Below, piece by piece: positions 26,930 through 36,613 of a DNA stretch of 64,000 nt. A program made the translations under genes and the position numbers. The notes under the pieces were generated by a model. It made no database searches. It saw only the letters and a program-made list of their open reading frames with translations, and had not been told where the DNA came from. Location: assembly GCA_017524845.1 (NCBI GenBank), contig JAFXUU010000118.1:101-64100 (forward strand), in the 5' to 3' direction. The DNA is from Oscillospiraceae bacterium. Its GTDB lineage: Bacteria; Bacillota; Clostridia; Oscillospirales; Oscillospiraceae. Position 1 is the first letter of the stretch. Each line of letters begins with the position of its first letter.

Positions 26930-29509
26930 TCAGCCCGCAGCGATGCGCAGGACCTTGTAGTCCTTGGCCTCCACGGCGCTCTTCAGGGCTTCGTCGGCCA
27001 CGGGGGCAGCCAGGGTCACCACGGCGGTGCCGGCGCTGTGGCTGACCTCGGCTCCGCTGACGCCCTCCAGGGCCTCCAGGGCCTTCTTCACCGTGTTCTC
27101 GCAGTGATTGCACATCATGCCTTCGATGGTCAGGGTCTTCTTCATTTCCGTTTCTCCTTTCGTTTCGCTGCCGTTTTCCTTCTGCCCGCCCGGGAGCGTT
27201 CCGTCCGCCGCCGGGGTCAGGGCGTTTTTCAGCTTCCGGTCTCTGGAAGCGTCGTGTACGTTCATCAGATTCAGGCGCAGGGCGTTCGTCACCACGCAGA
27301 AGCTCGAGAGGCTCATGGCGGCGGCTCCCAGCATGGGGTTCATGGTGATGCCCAGCCCTGTCAGGACCCCGGCCGCCAGGGGGATCAGAAGCGTGTTGTA
27401 AATGAGGGCCCAGAAGAGGTTTTCCACGATGCCCCGGTAGGTCCTGCGGCTGAGGCGCACCGCCGCCGCCGCGTCCGTGAGGGAGCTCTTCATCAGCACG
27501 ATTCCCGCCGCGTCGATGGCCACGTCCGTCCCCGCGCCGATGGCAATGCCGATGTCCGCCCGGGTGAGGGCGGGGGCGTCGTTGATGCCGTCGCCCACCA
27601 TGGCCGTCCTGCCGTGCTCCTTCAGGGCGCGGATCACCCGCTCCTTCCCCTCGGGCAGGACCCCGGCCACCACCTCGTCCACCCCGGCGGCCCGGCCCAC
27701 CGCCCGGGCGATGCGCTCGTTGTCCCCGGTGAGCATCACCACGCGGATGCCCATGTTCCGCAGCTGCCGGATGGCCTCCGCACTGTCGGGCCGGATGGCG
27801 TCCGCCACGGCGATGATGCCCAGCAGAGCCCCGTCCCGGGTGAAGAAGAGGGGCGTTTTGCCCTCCTCCGCCAGGCGGCGGGAGGTCTCCTCCAGGGCCG
27901 GGGAGACGGAAGCCCGCTCCCGGATGAAGCGGCCGCTGCCCCCCGCCAGGGAAAGCCCGTCCCGGGAGGCGGTCAGCCCGCCGCCGGGCACGGCCCGGAA
28001 GTCCTCCACGGCCCGGGGCTCGTATCCCCGCTCCCGCGCGTGCCGGAGGACCGCCTTGGCCAGGGGATGCTCGCTCCTCTGCTCCAGATCGGCGGCCAGG
28101 GCCAGCAGCTCCTCCGCCCCCACGCCCTCCGCGGGGAGCACGTCCGTCACCTCAGGCTCTCCGGCGGTGATGGTGCCGGTCTTGTCCAGGGCCACGATCT
28201 GCACCTGCCCGGCCTCCTGCATGACCTCCGCGTTCTTGAAGAGGATGCCGTTTTTCGCGCCCATGCCGTTGCCCACCATGATGGCCACGGGGGTGGCGAG
28301 ACCCAGGGCGCAGGGGCAGGAGACCACCAGCACGCAGATGCCCCGGGCCAGGGCGAAGCCCAGGGGCCGTCCCAGCAGCAGCCAGACGGCGACGGTGACG
28401 GCGGCGATGCCGATGACCACCGGGACGAAGACGCCGGAGATGCGGTCGGCCAGCTTCGCCACGGGAGCCTTCGTCGCGGCGGCGTCGCTCACCATCCGGA
28501 TGATCTGGCTCAGGGTGGTGTCCTCGCCCACCCGCGTGGCCCGGCAGGTGAGGAAGCCGGACTGGTTCAGGGTGGCGGAGGAAACGGTATCCCCCGGTCC
28601 CTTGTCCACCGGCAGGCTCTCCCCGGTGAGGGCGGCCTCGTTCACGGCGCTTTCCCCCTCCGTCACCACCCCGTCCACGGGGATGTTCTCCCCGGGGCGC
28701 ACCGTGAAGAGATCGCCGATGGCCACGTCCTCCACGCTGACGGTGACCTCCCGCCCGTCCCGGAGGACCGTGGCGGTTTTGGGGGCCAGCTTCATGAGCC
28801 CCTTCAGGGCGCTGGTGGTCTTTCCCTTGGAATAGGCCTCCAGCATCTTCCCCACGGTGATGAGGGTGAGGATCATGGCGGCCGACTCGAAGTAGAACTC
28901 CATCATATAGGACATCACGGCCTCGCCGTCCCCGTCCAGCTGGGCGCGGGTCAGGGCGAAGAGCATGCAGACGGAATATACGAAGGCCGCGGCGGAGCCC
29001 AGGGCGATGAGGGTGTCCATGTTGGGACTGCCCCGGAAGAGGCTGCGGAAGCCGCTTGTGAAGAAGCGCTGGTTGATCACCATCACGGCGGCGGCCAGCA
29101 GCAGCTGTACGAGCCCCATGGCCGCGTGATTGCCGTCGAAGAAGGCGGGGAGCGGCCAGCCCAGCATCCCGTGGCCCATGGAGAAATACATGAGCACGAT
29201 CAGGAAGCCGAGGGAGGCCAGCAGCCGCCGGCGCAGCTTCGGGGTCTCGTGGTCCTCCAGAGCCTCCTCCTGCTCCGCCAGGCGCGCCAGGCTGCCGGAG
29301 GCGGCGGAGGCCCCCTTCAGGGAGGCGCCGTAGCCCGCGTCCGTCACCGCCCGGATGATCTCGGCGGGCTTCGCCGTCCCCTCCACGCCCATGGAATTGG
29401 TCAGCAGGCTCACGCTGCAGGCGCTCACCCCCGGGACCTTCGAGACCGCCTTCTCCACCCTCGCCTGACAGGCGGCGCAGGTCATCCCCGTAACGATATA
29501 CTGTTCCAT
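26930..29509 (-). CDS. copA: copper-translocating P1B-type ATPase with N-terminal and C-terminal heavy-metal-associated domains
   Basis: [12 protein letters not shown] (N-terminal HMA). Core motifs [18 protein letters not shown] and GDGINDAP. C-terminal second [19 protein letters not shown]. Confidence 0.95.
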   Translation of the reverse strand: MEQYIVTGMTCAACQARVEKAVSKVPGVSACSVSLLTNSMGVEGTAKPAEIIRAVTDAGYGASLKGASAASGSLARLAEQEEALEDHETPKLRRRLLASLGFLIVLMYFSMGHGMLGWPLPAFFDGNHAAMGLVQLLLAAAVMVINQRFFTSGFRSLFRGSPNMDTLIALGSAAAFVYSVCMLFALTRAQLDGDGEAVMSYMMEFYFESAAMILTLITVGKMLEAYSKGKTTSALKGLMKLAPKTATVLRDGREVTVSVEDVAIGDLFTVRPGENIPVDGVVTEGESAVNEAALTGESLPVDKGPGDTVSSATLNQSGFLTCRATRVGEDTTLSQIIRMVSDAAATKAPVAKLADRISGVFVPVVIGIAAVTVAVWLLLGRPLGFALARGICVLVVSCPCALGLATPVAIMVGNGMGAKNGILFKNAEVMQEAGQVQIVALDKTGTITAGEPEVTDVLPAEGVGAEELLALAADLEQRSEHPLAKAVLRHARERGYEPRAVEDFRAVPGGGLTASRDGLSLAGGSGRFIRERASVSPALEETSRRLAEEGKTPLFFTRDGALLGIIAVADAIRPDSAEAIRQLRNMGIRVVMLTGDNERIARAVGRAAGVDEVVAGVLPEGKERVIRALKEHGRTAMVGDGINDAPALTRADIGIAIGAGTDVAIDAAGIVLMKSSLTDAAAAVRLSRRTYRGIVENLFWALIYNTLLIPLAAGVLTGLGITMNPMLGAAAMSLSSFCVVTNALRLNLMNVHDASRDRKLKNALTPAADGTLPGGQKENGSETKGETEMKKTLTIEGMMCNHCENTVKKALEALEGVSGAEVSHSAGTAVVTLAAPVADEALKSAVEAKDYKVLRIAAG

Positions 29510-29530
29510 CTTTTCACCTCGCGCTCCGGT

Positions 29531-29848
29531 TTATTTCATCAGCCTCTGCAGGGTGTTCACCAGCTCCTCCAGCTTGTCCTCCCGCCCCTCGCGGACGTCC
29601 TCCGCCACGCAGCTGCGGATGTGGCTGGCCAGAAGCACCTTCGTGAAGCTGTTCAGGGCGTTCCCGGCGGCGGAGACCTGGTTCAGGATGTCGATGCAGT
29701 AGGCGCTGCGCTCCACCATCCCCCGGATGCCCCGGATCTGCCCCTCGATGCGGCTGAGCCGGTTCAGCAGATCCCGGTATTCCTCCTCGCCGCGTTCCTT
29801 GCTCCGCTCGCAGCAGGCCGCCGCTTCGGCGGGTCTGTCCCTGTCCAT
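29531..29848 (-). CDS. csoR: CsoR-family copper-sensing transcriptional repressor
   Basis: RLSRIEGQIRGIRGMVE...YCIDILNQ...ALNSF...LLASHIRSC is the CsoR W-X-Y-Z Cys/His/Cys pattern. Lies 21 nt upstream of copA. Confidence 0.9.
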   Translation of the reverse strand: MDRDRPAEAAACCERSKERGEEEYRDLLNRLSRIEGQIRGIRGMVERSAYCIDILNQVSAAGNALNSFTKVLLASHIRSCVAEDVREGREDKLEELVNTLQRLMK

Positions 29849-29867
29849 GACCTGTCCTCCCCTCCAT

Positions 29868-29923
29868 ATACCCCCGGGGGGTATTTACGCCTATAATATA
29901 CTCCCCGGGGTGTATGCTGTCAA
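29868..29923 (-). promoter_or_regulatory. csoR-copA promoter with two CsoR-type GC-core palindromes
   Basis: Boxes ATACCCCCGGGGGGTAT (29868-29884) and ATACTCCCCGGGGTGTAT (29898-29915). Minus-strand TTGACA (29918-29923), 17 nt, TATATT (29895-29900). The second box fills the spacer. Confidence 0.75.
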
Positions 29924-30054
29924 GAGGGAAGCCCGTATTTTTCTTCCGGGGAGAGAAGAGCCTTTTCCGGAGGCCCGGAAAGGCAAAGTTCCGAAAACGA
30001 GCAAAAATCCAAGGATATCCAATACAAAAAACGAAAAAAGTTATGGAAAACCGC

Positions 30055-30083
30055 TTGTAATTCCGAAAAGCCTTAGGTATAAT
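30055..30083 (+). promoter_or_regulatory. promoter candidate for the cps regulatory operon, followed by a 138-nt AT-rich leader
   Basis: TTGTAA, 17 nt, TATAAT. Confidence 0.5.
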
Positions 30084-30221
30084 GAGTAAGATTCGAGATA
30101 GTATGTACTCAATGATAAAATCAGGTATGCTATCCGGTTTTGCGGATGCCGGGAAAAAACAGGTCCCCGGGCCGCTCCGAGGCAGACAATCCCGCCGCCC
30201 GGCGTATCTATGGAGAGAGCT

Positions 30222-31067
30222 ATGACCGAAAAAACGGAAAACATGGAAATAGACCTGAGAGAGATGCTCGGTGTCCTTCTGCACCGCATCTGGCTCATCG
30301 CCCTCGCCGCCGTGGCGGGAGGCGTCATTGCCCTGGCATATACATATTTCATGATCGACCCGCTGTATAAGGCCAGCGCCCTGATGTACGTCAACAACTC
30401 CGACATTTCCCTGGGCAGCACCAGCTTCAGCATCTCCAACGCGGATCTGTCCGCCGCGCAGAAGCTGGTCAACACCTACGTGGTCATCCTGAAATCCCGC
30501 ACCGCTCTCAACGAGGTCATCGAGAAGGCCGAGCTGCCCTACACCTATGATAAGCTGAAGAGCATGATCTCCGCCAACTCTGTGAACTCCACGGAGGTGT
30601 TCGAGATCGTGGTCACCAGCACCAGCCCCACGGAGGCGGAGAAGATCGCCAACACCATTGCCAACGTGCTGCCGGACAAGATCGCCGACATCGTCAGCGG
30701 GAGCGACGTGCGCATCGTGGACTACGCCGTGGTCCCCTCCCATCGGGCCTCCCCCAGCTACACCCGCAACACCGCCATCGGCATCCTCCTGGGCATCATC
30801 GTCAGCGCCGGCGCGCTGATCCTGGCCTATATCTTCGATGAAAACATCCACTCCGAGGATTACCTTACCCAGGCCTACCCCGATATCCCGCTGCTGAGCG
30901 TCATTCCGGACATGGCGGCGGCGCGTCAGCGCTCCGGCGGCTACGGATACGGATACGGCTACGGCTACGGATACGGATACGGCTACGGGCACCATCGGAA
31001 GCAGAGCGCCGCGTCGGAGGGCGCCGCCGGGGAGGCCGGGTCCGGTGAAGGGAGGGCCGCGGGATGA
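30222..31067 (+). CDS. Wzz/CpsC/YwqC-type polysaccharide chain-length modulator (BY-kinase transmembrane activator) with a C-terminal (Gly-Tyr)8 tract
   Basis: Two TM helices flank a Wzz-like domain (YKASALMYVNN...TYVVILKSRTALNEV). GGAGAGAG RBS before ATG 30222; an alternative ATG is at 30210. Confidence 0.85.
   Translation: MTEKTENMEIDLREMLGVLLHRIWLIALAAVAGGVIALAYTYFMIDPLYKASALMYVNNSDISLGSTSFSISNADLSAAQKLVNTYVVILKSRTALNEVIEKAELPYTYDKLKSMISANSVNSTEVFEIVVTSTSPTEAEKIANTIANVLPDKIADIVSGSDVRIVDYAVVPSHRASPSYTRNTAIGILLGIIVSAGALILAYIFDENIHSEDYLTQAYPDIPLLSVIPDMAAARQRSGGYGYGYGYGYGYGYGYGHHRKQSAASEGAAGEAGSGEGRAAG
30939..30986 (+). repeat. hexanucleotide coding microsatellite (GGN-TAC)x8 with 24-nt higher-order periodicity
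   Basis: ggctac ggatac ggatac ggctac, repeated twice. Confidence 0.95.
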
Positions 31068-31882
31068 AGCTCTTCAGCCGCTCCGTTTTCCGGCGCTTCG
31101 GCAGGGCCAATGAAAAGAGAAAAAGCGGCAGCCGTCTGGACAGCGGGACCGAGCGCGAGTTCATGATCGGCCCCAGCATGAATTTCGCCTCCTCCGAGGC
31201 GTACAAGCTGCTGCGGACGAATCTTCTCTTTTCCTTTTCCGGCTCCTCGGAATGCCGCATCATCGGCATCACCAGCTCCTTCAGCTCCGAGGGCAAGAGC
31301 CTGACCTCCATCAACCTCTCCTACACCATGGCGGTGGCGAAGAAGAACGTCCTGCTGATCGAAGGGGACATGCGCCTTCCCACCATGAACAAGCGCCTCG
31401 ACCTCCGGGCCAGCCCGGGCCTTTCCAACATGCTGGTGGGCATGAACACCGCCGCCGAGGCGATCCAGACCTACAGCGCCGTGGGCGAGGACGACATCCG
31501 CGTCAATATGGACGTGCTGGTCTCCGGCGATATCCCGCCCAACCCCTCCGAGCTGCTGGGCAGCGAGCGGATGCAGTCGGTGCTGGAGGTGCTGCGGCAG
31601 CACTACGATTTCATCATCCTCGACCTTCCCCCCGTCACGGCGGTGACGGACGCCCTGGTGGCCTCCAAGCTGGTGGACGGGATGGTGGTGGTGGTGCGCA
31701 GCGACCACGCCATCCGCGGGGCCCTGGCGGAAACGATCCGGCAGCTCCGCATGGTGGAGACCCGCATCCTCGGCTTCGTGTTCAACGGCGCCCAGGAGGC
31801 CGGCGGCGGCTATTACCGCGGCAAGGGCTATTACAAAAAGCATTACAAGTACAACTACTACTACAAAAAGAAGGAAGACTGA
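31064..31882 (+). CDS. CpsD/CapB/YwqD-type bacterial tyrosine kinase (BY-kinase) with a C-terminal Tyr cluster
   Basis: Walker A ITSSFSSEGKS, Walker A' VLLIEGDMR and Walker B DFIILDLPP. The tail GGGYYRGKGYYKKHYKYNYYYKKKED carries 9 Tyr. The ATGA start overlaps the preceding stop. Confidence 0.9.
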   Translation: MKLFSRSVFRRFGRANEKRKSGSRLDSGTEREFMIGPSMNFASSEAYKLLRTNLLFSFSGSSECRIIGITSSFSSEGKSLTSINLSYTMAVAKKNVLLIEGDMRLPTMNKRLDLRASPGLSNMLVGMNTAAEAIQTYSAVGEDDIRVNMDVLVSGDIPPNPSELLGSERMQSVLEVLRQHYDFIILDLPPVTAVTDALVASKLVDGMVVVVRSDHAIRGALAETIRQLRMVETRILGFVFNGAQEAGGGYYRGKGYYKKHYKYNYYYKKKED

Positions 31883-31890
31883 AAAGAAGG

Positions 31891-32586
31891 ATGACTGATT
31901 TCCACGCGCACCTTCTTCCCGCCATAGACGACGGGAGCGACAGCGTGGAGACCTCTCTGGCCATGCTGGACATCTGGCGCGCCCAGGGAATCGACCGGGT
32001 CTGCGCCACCCCCCATTTCTACGCCGAGCGGACGACGCCGGAGAGATTCCTCAGCCGCCGCGAGGCGGCCCTGCAGGCGCTGAAGGCCGCGGGGGGCGGC
32101 GGATCGAAGGGACCGGAGATCCGCTGCGGCGCGGAGGTCCGCTTCTTCGACGGAGTCGGCGCGGCGGAGGCCCTGCCCGCCCTCTGCCTGGAGGGCAGCG
32201 ACCTGCTCCTGCTGGAGATGCCCTTCACCCGCTGGACAGACCGCATGCTGGGCGAGGTCGCCGAGATCCGGCAGCGGGGCCTTCGCCCCGTAGCCGCCCA
32301 TCTGGAGCGCTATCTCGACCTGAATCCCGGGCAGACGATCCGCCGCTTCCTGGATATGGACGTGCTCATCCAGTGCAACGCGGAGTTCTTCCTCTCCCGC
32401 CGCACCGCCCGCAGGGCGCTGCGGATGCTGCGGGAGGAGCGCATCCACTTCCTTGGGTCCGACGCGCACAACGTGAGCTCCCGGGCGCCCGACCTGGGAC
32501 CGGCTCTGGACCTGATCGAGAGAAAGCTGGGTCCCGCCGCGATCGACCGGCTCCTGGCCCTGGAGCGGCTGGCAGAAGCGCGATAA
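31891..32586 (+). CDS. CpsB/YwqE-type PHP-family protein-tyrosine phosphatase
   Basis: MTDFHAHLLPAIDDGS...CATPHF...GSDAHN metal-binding His/Asp pattern. Confidence 0.85.
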   Translation: MTDFHAHLLPAIDDGSDSVETSLAMLDIWRAQGIDRVCATPHFYAERTTPERFLSRREAALQALKAAGGGGSKGPEIRCGAEVRFFDGVGAAEALPALCLEGSDLLLLEMPFTRWTDRMLGEVAEIRQRGLRPVAAHLERYLDLNPGQTIRRFLDMDVLIQCNAEFFLSRRTARRALRMLREERIHFLGSDAHNVSSRAPDLGPALDLIERKLGPAAIDRLLALERLAEAR

Positions 32587-32600
32587 GAGGTAAGCAAGCA

Positions 32601-33413
32601 ATGAAAAAACGGCTGCCGCTGATCATCTGCGGCATTCTCCTGCTGGCGGGCGGCCTGTTCTTCGCGGTGAAGGCCATCATGGCCAGCTATGCGCCCCGGG
32701 GCGAACGGACGGAGGCCCTGGCCCCCACGGCGCCGCCCCCTCCGGCGACGGCGCGTCCCGTCGAGACCCCGGCGCCCGCCACGGCGGCGCCCGCCACGGC
32801 GACGCCGGAGCCCACGGCGACCCCGGAGCCCTACGTGAGCCCCGTGGATTTCGAGGCCCTCTGGGAGCTCAACACGGACATCTACGCCTGGCTGGAGATC
32901 GAGGGCACGGACATCAGCTATCCCATGCTCCAGAGCAGGGAGGACGACGCCTTCTATCTGGACCACAACAGCGACAGGCAGTATTCCGCCAACGGCTCCA
33001 TCTACTCCGAATCCGCCTACAACGGCACGGACATGAGCGACCCCGTGACCATCCTCTACGGGCACCATATGAAGTCCGGCGCCATGTTCGGCAACCTGCA
33101 GATGCTTTTTTCCGATCCCGCCTTCTTTGAGGAGGATCACATCCTCCGGGTCTATACCCCCACGGCCACCCTGGAATACGGCGTTTTCGCCGCCGTGCCC
33201 TATCCCGGAGAGCACATCCTGTATTACCACGATTTCAACGACGAAGCGGTTTTCGAAAAATTCTTCGCGGACATCCTCAAGACCCGGGACCTCAGCGCCC
33301 GCTTCAACGAGGAATACGCGCCGGAGCCGGGGGACAAGGTGCTGATCCTCTCCACCTGCCTCATCGGCTACAACAAGAATCGCTTCCTGGTCATGGGGAC
33401 TCTGCTTCCCTGA
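32601..33413 (+). CDS. srtB: class B sortase
   Basis: N-terminal TM anchor and a Pro/Thr/Ala linker. Motifs ILYGHHM (His), LILSTC (Cys) and NRFLVMG (Arg). Confidence 0.85.
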   Translation: MKKRLPLIICGILLLAGGLFFAVKAIMASYAPRGERTEALAPTAPPPPATARPVETPAPATAAPATATPEPTATPEPYVSPVDFEALWELNTDIYAWLEIEGTDISYPMLQSREDDAFYLDHNSDRQYSANGSIYSESAYNGTDMSDPVTILYGHHMKSGAMFGNLQMLFSDPAFFEEDHILRVYTPTATLEYGVFAAVPYPGEHILYYHDFNDEAVFEKFFADILKTRDLSARFNEEYAPEPGDKVLILSTCLIGYNKNRFLVMGTLLP

Positions 33414-33457
33414 CCGTTCACATAGAGGCGAAATATGAAGGAAAGGAGGTTATTCCG

Positions 33458-34105
33458 ATGAAGAAATTTCTTGCCATCGCGGCTGTGCTCATCTTGCTTT
33501 TGACGCTGAGCGTTCCCGCCTTCGCTGCGCCTTCTCCCGAGTATAACGACGAACAGGAGACCGTTGCGGAGGACGGCACCGATGTCCTGGTGAAGGAGGG
33601 CACTGCCCCCGAGGGTGTCGATGGAGAGACTCTGCAGGACGCCATGCGTGAGGATGGTCGCCTTGAGAACGCGGAGGTCAGCGGCTATGATTTCTTTGAA
33701 ATGGTCGCTCTCGACGAGAACGGGAATCCCGTGAACCGCGATTACCCCATTGCGTTCACCTTCTATTACGCCAAGGCTGCGCAGGTCATTGCTGCCTACG
33801 TGCAGAACGGAGACCGGTCCTGGTCCAAGATCGATTTCAAGAACCTTGGAAACGGGATTCTGTGGCTGGGCGCTCTGCACCTGACTCCCGTGACGCTGGT
33901 GCTCGGCACCGCTACCGAGGAGCCCGCGCCTGCTGACACCACTCCTGCGCAGGGCGGCGTCACCCCCGGCGGCACCACCCCCGGCGGTTACGTTCCCTCT
34001 CCCCAGACCGGCTACAGCATCGCTCTTTGGGCGATTCTTGCGGTCGCGATGGTCGCCTGCGCCGGCTACTGCTTTGTCAGTGCCCGGAAAAAGACTGCCG
34101 AGTAA
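33458..34105 (+). CDS. secreted surface protein with an SPQTG cell-wall sorting signal (probable sortase B substrate)
   Basis: Signal peptide MKKFLAIAAVLILLLTLSVPAFA. C-terminal SPQTG, a hydrophobic helix and SARKKTAE. Confidence 0.8.
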   Translation: MKKFLAIAAVLILLLTLSVPAFAAPSPEYNDEQETVAEDGTDVLVKEGTAPEGVDGETLQDAMREDGRLENAEVSGYDFFEMVALDENGNPVNRDYPIAFTFYYAKAAQVIAAYVQNGDRSWSKIDFKNLGNGILWLGALHLTPVTLVLGTATEEPAPADTTPAQGGVTPGGTTPGGYVPSPQTGYSIALWAILAVAMVACAGYCFVSARKKTAE

Positions 34106-34118
34106 TTCGGCCGTTCCT

Positions 34119-34161
34119 GATGGGTATCCGGCCTTATGACTGGATACCCATCTCTTTATAT
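34119..34161 (+). terminator. terminator-like hairpin after the sortase substrate gene
   Basis: GATGGGTATCC...GGATACCCATC followed by TCTTTATATT. Confidence 0.5.
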
Positions 34162-34204
34162 TCTCACGGCTCCGGTCCCGTCGGCCGGGAGGGAGGTGCG
34201 GATC

Positions 34205-35251
34205 ATGCATGAGCATCGCGGCAGAGCCCGGCGGCTGGCGCTGACGGTGATCGTCCTGGCGGCTGCCGCGGCGCTGGTCGTCGGCGGACTGCTCTTTTTT
34301 TCCTGGCTGGAGAAAAAGAACGACCCCGTGCCGGCGGGAGCCGGCGAAGCGCCGACCCGTATCGATCCCGGGGAGGAACCGGGCGGGGACGGGGGTCCCG
34401 AGCTCCCGGCCCTCTTCTACGGGGGGAAGCGGTACGTCTACAACGACAGCCTCGAAACGCTGCTGATCCTGGGCATCGACGACGATACGCCCACCGACAG
34501 CGGCAAGGGCCGCAACAGCGGCCAGTCGGACTTTCTCCTGCTGGCGGTTTTCGACCCGGCTTCGGAGAGCTGCACCCTTCTGCAGCTGGACAGGAACACC
34601 ATGTGCGAGATACCCGCGCTGGATTACTACGGCGCGGAGATCGGCACCGAATACGCCCAGCTGGCGCTGGTCCACACCTACGGCAACGGTCTGGAGCGGA
34701 GCTGCGAGAACACGGCGGCCGCCGTGTCCAGGCTGCTGTACGGCATTGAGATCGACAATTACTTCGCCCTCACCATGAACGCCATCCCGATCCTGAACGA
34801 TCTGGTCGGGGGCGTGACGGTCAGGATTGAGGACGATTTTTCCGGTATCGACGACAGCCTCGTAAAGGGGGAGACCGTCACACTCACGTCGGAAAACGTG
34901 GAGCATTACGTCCGCTCCCGCATGCGCATGAGCGACGATCCCACCAACCGCGCCCGGATGCGCCGGCAGCGCACCTACATGACGGCGCTCTTCTCCGCCC
35001 TCTCCGCGGCGATGCGCCGGGATTCGGCCTTCGCCCTGGACGCCTATGCCGCCGTCGCCGATTCCCTGGTCACGGACTGCAGCGTCGATGGGCTGACCGA
35101 TTACATGCAGCGCCTTTCCGACTATGCGCTCTCCGGCGTCGTCACCCCCGAGGGGGAGACCGTGCTCGGGGAAAAGCACGAGGAGCTTTACCTGGACGAG
35201 GCGGAGCTGCAGCGCCTCGTCATCGAGACCTTCTACCGGGAGGAGCCCTGA
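34205..35251 (+). CDS. LytR-CpsA-Psr (LCP) family glycopolymer transferase
   Basis: N-terminal TM helix. Motifs LLILGIDD...[15 protein letters not shown]...LLQLDRNT...[27 protein letters not shown]. Confidence 0.85.
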   Translation: MHEHRGRARRLALTVIVLAAAAALVVGGLLFFSWLEKKNDPVPAGAGEAPTRIDPGEEPGGDGGPELPALFYGGKRYVYNDSLETLLILGIDDDTPTDSGKGRNSGQSDFLLLAVFDPASESCTLLQLDRNTMCEIPALDYYGAEIGTEYAQLALVHTYGNGLERSCENTAAAVSRLLYGIEIDNYFALTMNAIPILNDLVGGVTVRIEDDFSGIDDSLVKGETVTLTSENVEHYVRSRMRMSDDPTNRARMRRQRTYMTALFSALSAAMRRDSAFALDAYAAVADSLVTDCSVDGLTDYMQRLSDYALSGVVTPEGETVLGEKHEELYLDEAELQRLVIETFYREEP

Positions 35252-35252
35252 T

Positions 35253-36376
35253 TTGAAGAGAGTGATGCTGGTCTTCGGCACCCGGCCGGAGGCGATCAAG
35301 ATGTGCCCCCTGGTGAAGGAGCTGCGGTCCCGGCCCGGCCTGGAGACCCTGGTCTGCGTCACCGGGCAGCACCGGGAGATGCTGGATCAGGTGCTGCGCA
35401 CCTTCGACGTGACGCCGGACTACGATCTGGACATTATGAAGGAGGGGCAGACCCTCTTCGACATTACGACCGCCGTGCTGTGGGGCCTGAAGCCCGTTCT
35501 GGAGGAGGCGAAGCCGGACGTGGTGCTGGTCCACGGGGACGTGAGCACCGCCTTCGCCGCCGCCCTCTGCTGCTTCTATATGCAGATCCCCGTTGGCCAC
35601 GTGGAGGCGGGGCTCCGGACCTACAACGTGGACTCCCCCTATCCGGAGGAGTTCAACCGGGAGGCCATCGGCATCCTCAGCCGCTATAACTTCGCCCCCA
35701 CCCCCTGGCGGCGGCGAATCTCCTGCGGGAGGGGAAGGACCCGGCCTCCGTCTGCGTCACCGGAAACACGGTGATCGACGCCATGCGGCACACGGTGCGG
35801 GCGGACTACAGCCATCCGGAGCTGGACTGGGTGGGGGAGGACCGGCTCATCTTCATCACCGCCCACCGGCGGGAGAACCTGGGCGCGCCCATGCACCGCA
35901 TGTTCCGGGCCATCCGCCGGGTGCTGGAGGAGCACCCGGACTGCAAGGCCGTGTATCCCATCCATATGAACCCCGCCGTGCGGAAGGCGGCGGAGGAGGA
36001 GCTGGGGGATTTCGACCGCATCCACATCATCGAGCCCATCGGCGTGTTCGACTGCCACAATTTCGAGGCCCGCTGCTATCTCTGCCTCACGGATTCCGGC
36101 GGCATCCAGGAGGAATGTCCCTCCTACGGGAAGCCCGTGCTGGTCATGCGGGACACCACCGAGCGGCCCGAGGGCCTGGCGGCGGGGACCCTGCGACTGG
36201 TGGGCACGGAGGAGGAGAGCATCTACCGGAATTTCCGGGAGCTGCTGGAGGATCCGGCGGCCTACGAGCGCATGAGCCGGGCCTGCAACCCCTTCGGGGA
36301 CGGGCGCGCCTGCGAGCGCATCGCGGACGTGCTGGAGAAGGGGAGCTGCAGCCCCTGGGAGCCCGAAGGGGCCTGA
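35253..36376 (+). pseudogene. wecB: UDP-N-acetylglucosamine 2-epimerase (non-hydrolysing), frameshifted in a C-tract near 35695-35705
   Basis: The first frame gives (M)[16 protein letters not shown]...HVEAGLRTY...RYNFAPT and then runs out of frame to a stop at 35774. The -1 frame continues [28 protein letters not shown]...FITAHRREN...LTDSGGIQEE. Confidence 0.85.
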
Positions 36377-36431
36377 CGGACGCTCTTCCCCCGACCGTCA
36401 GATCACTACGATAACGACATAACGACACGCA

Positions 36432-36522
36432 GGCGGCGGGGCCGAAAGGCCCCGCCGCCTCAGACTGTCAAATCCGTACGGTAACGATCTGACGACACTC
36501 CGGCGGGGCCTTCGGCCCCGCC
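36432..36522 (+). repeat. copy of the dispersed intergenic module (GC hairpin, CAGACTGTCAAA, second GC hairpin)
   Basis: GGCGGCGGGGCC-GAAA-GGCCCCGCCGCC, then tcagactgtcaaatccgtacgg, then GGCGGGGCC-TTCG-GGCCCCGCC. Confidence 0.6.
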
Positions 36523-36536
36523 CTCCGTTTCCGCTC

Positions 36537-36565
36537 TTGAACGGCGGCGAAGCCTGTGGTAGAAT
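36537..36565 (+). promoter_or_regulatory. promoter candidate for the FAD-oxidoreductase gene
   Basis: TTGAAC, 17 nt, TGgTAGAAT. Confidence 0.5.
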
Positions 36566-36613
36566 CATGGCATAATAATATACGGAGGCAGAGCCTCCCC
36601 TGGAGGGAAACGT

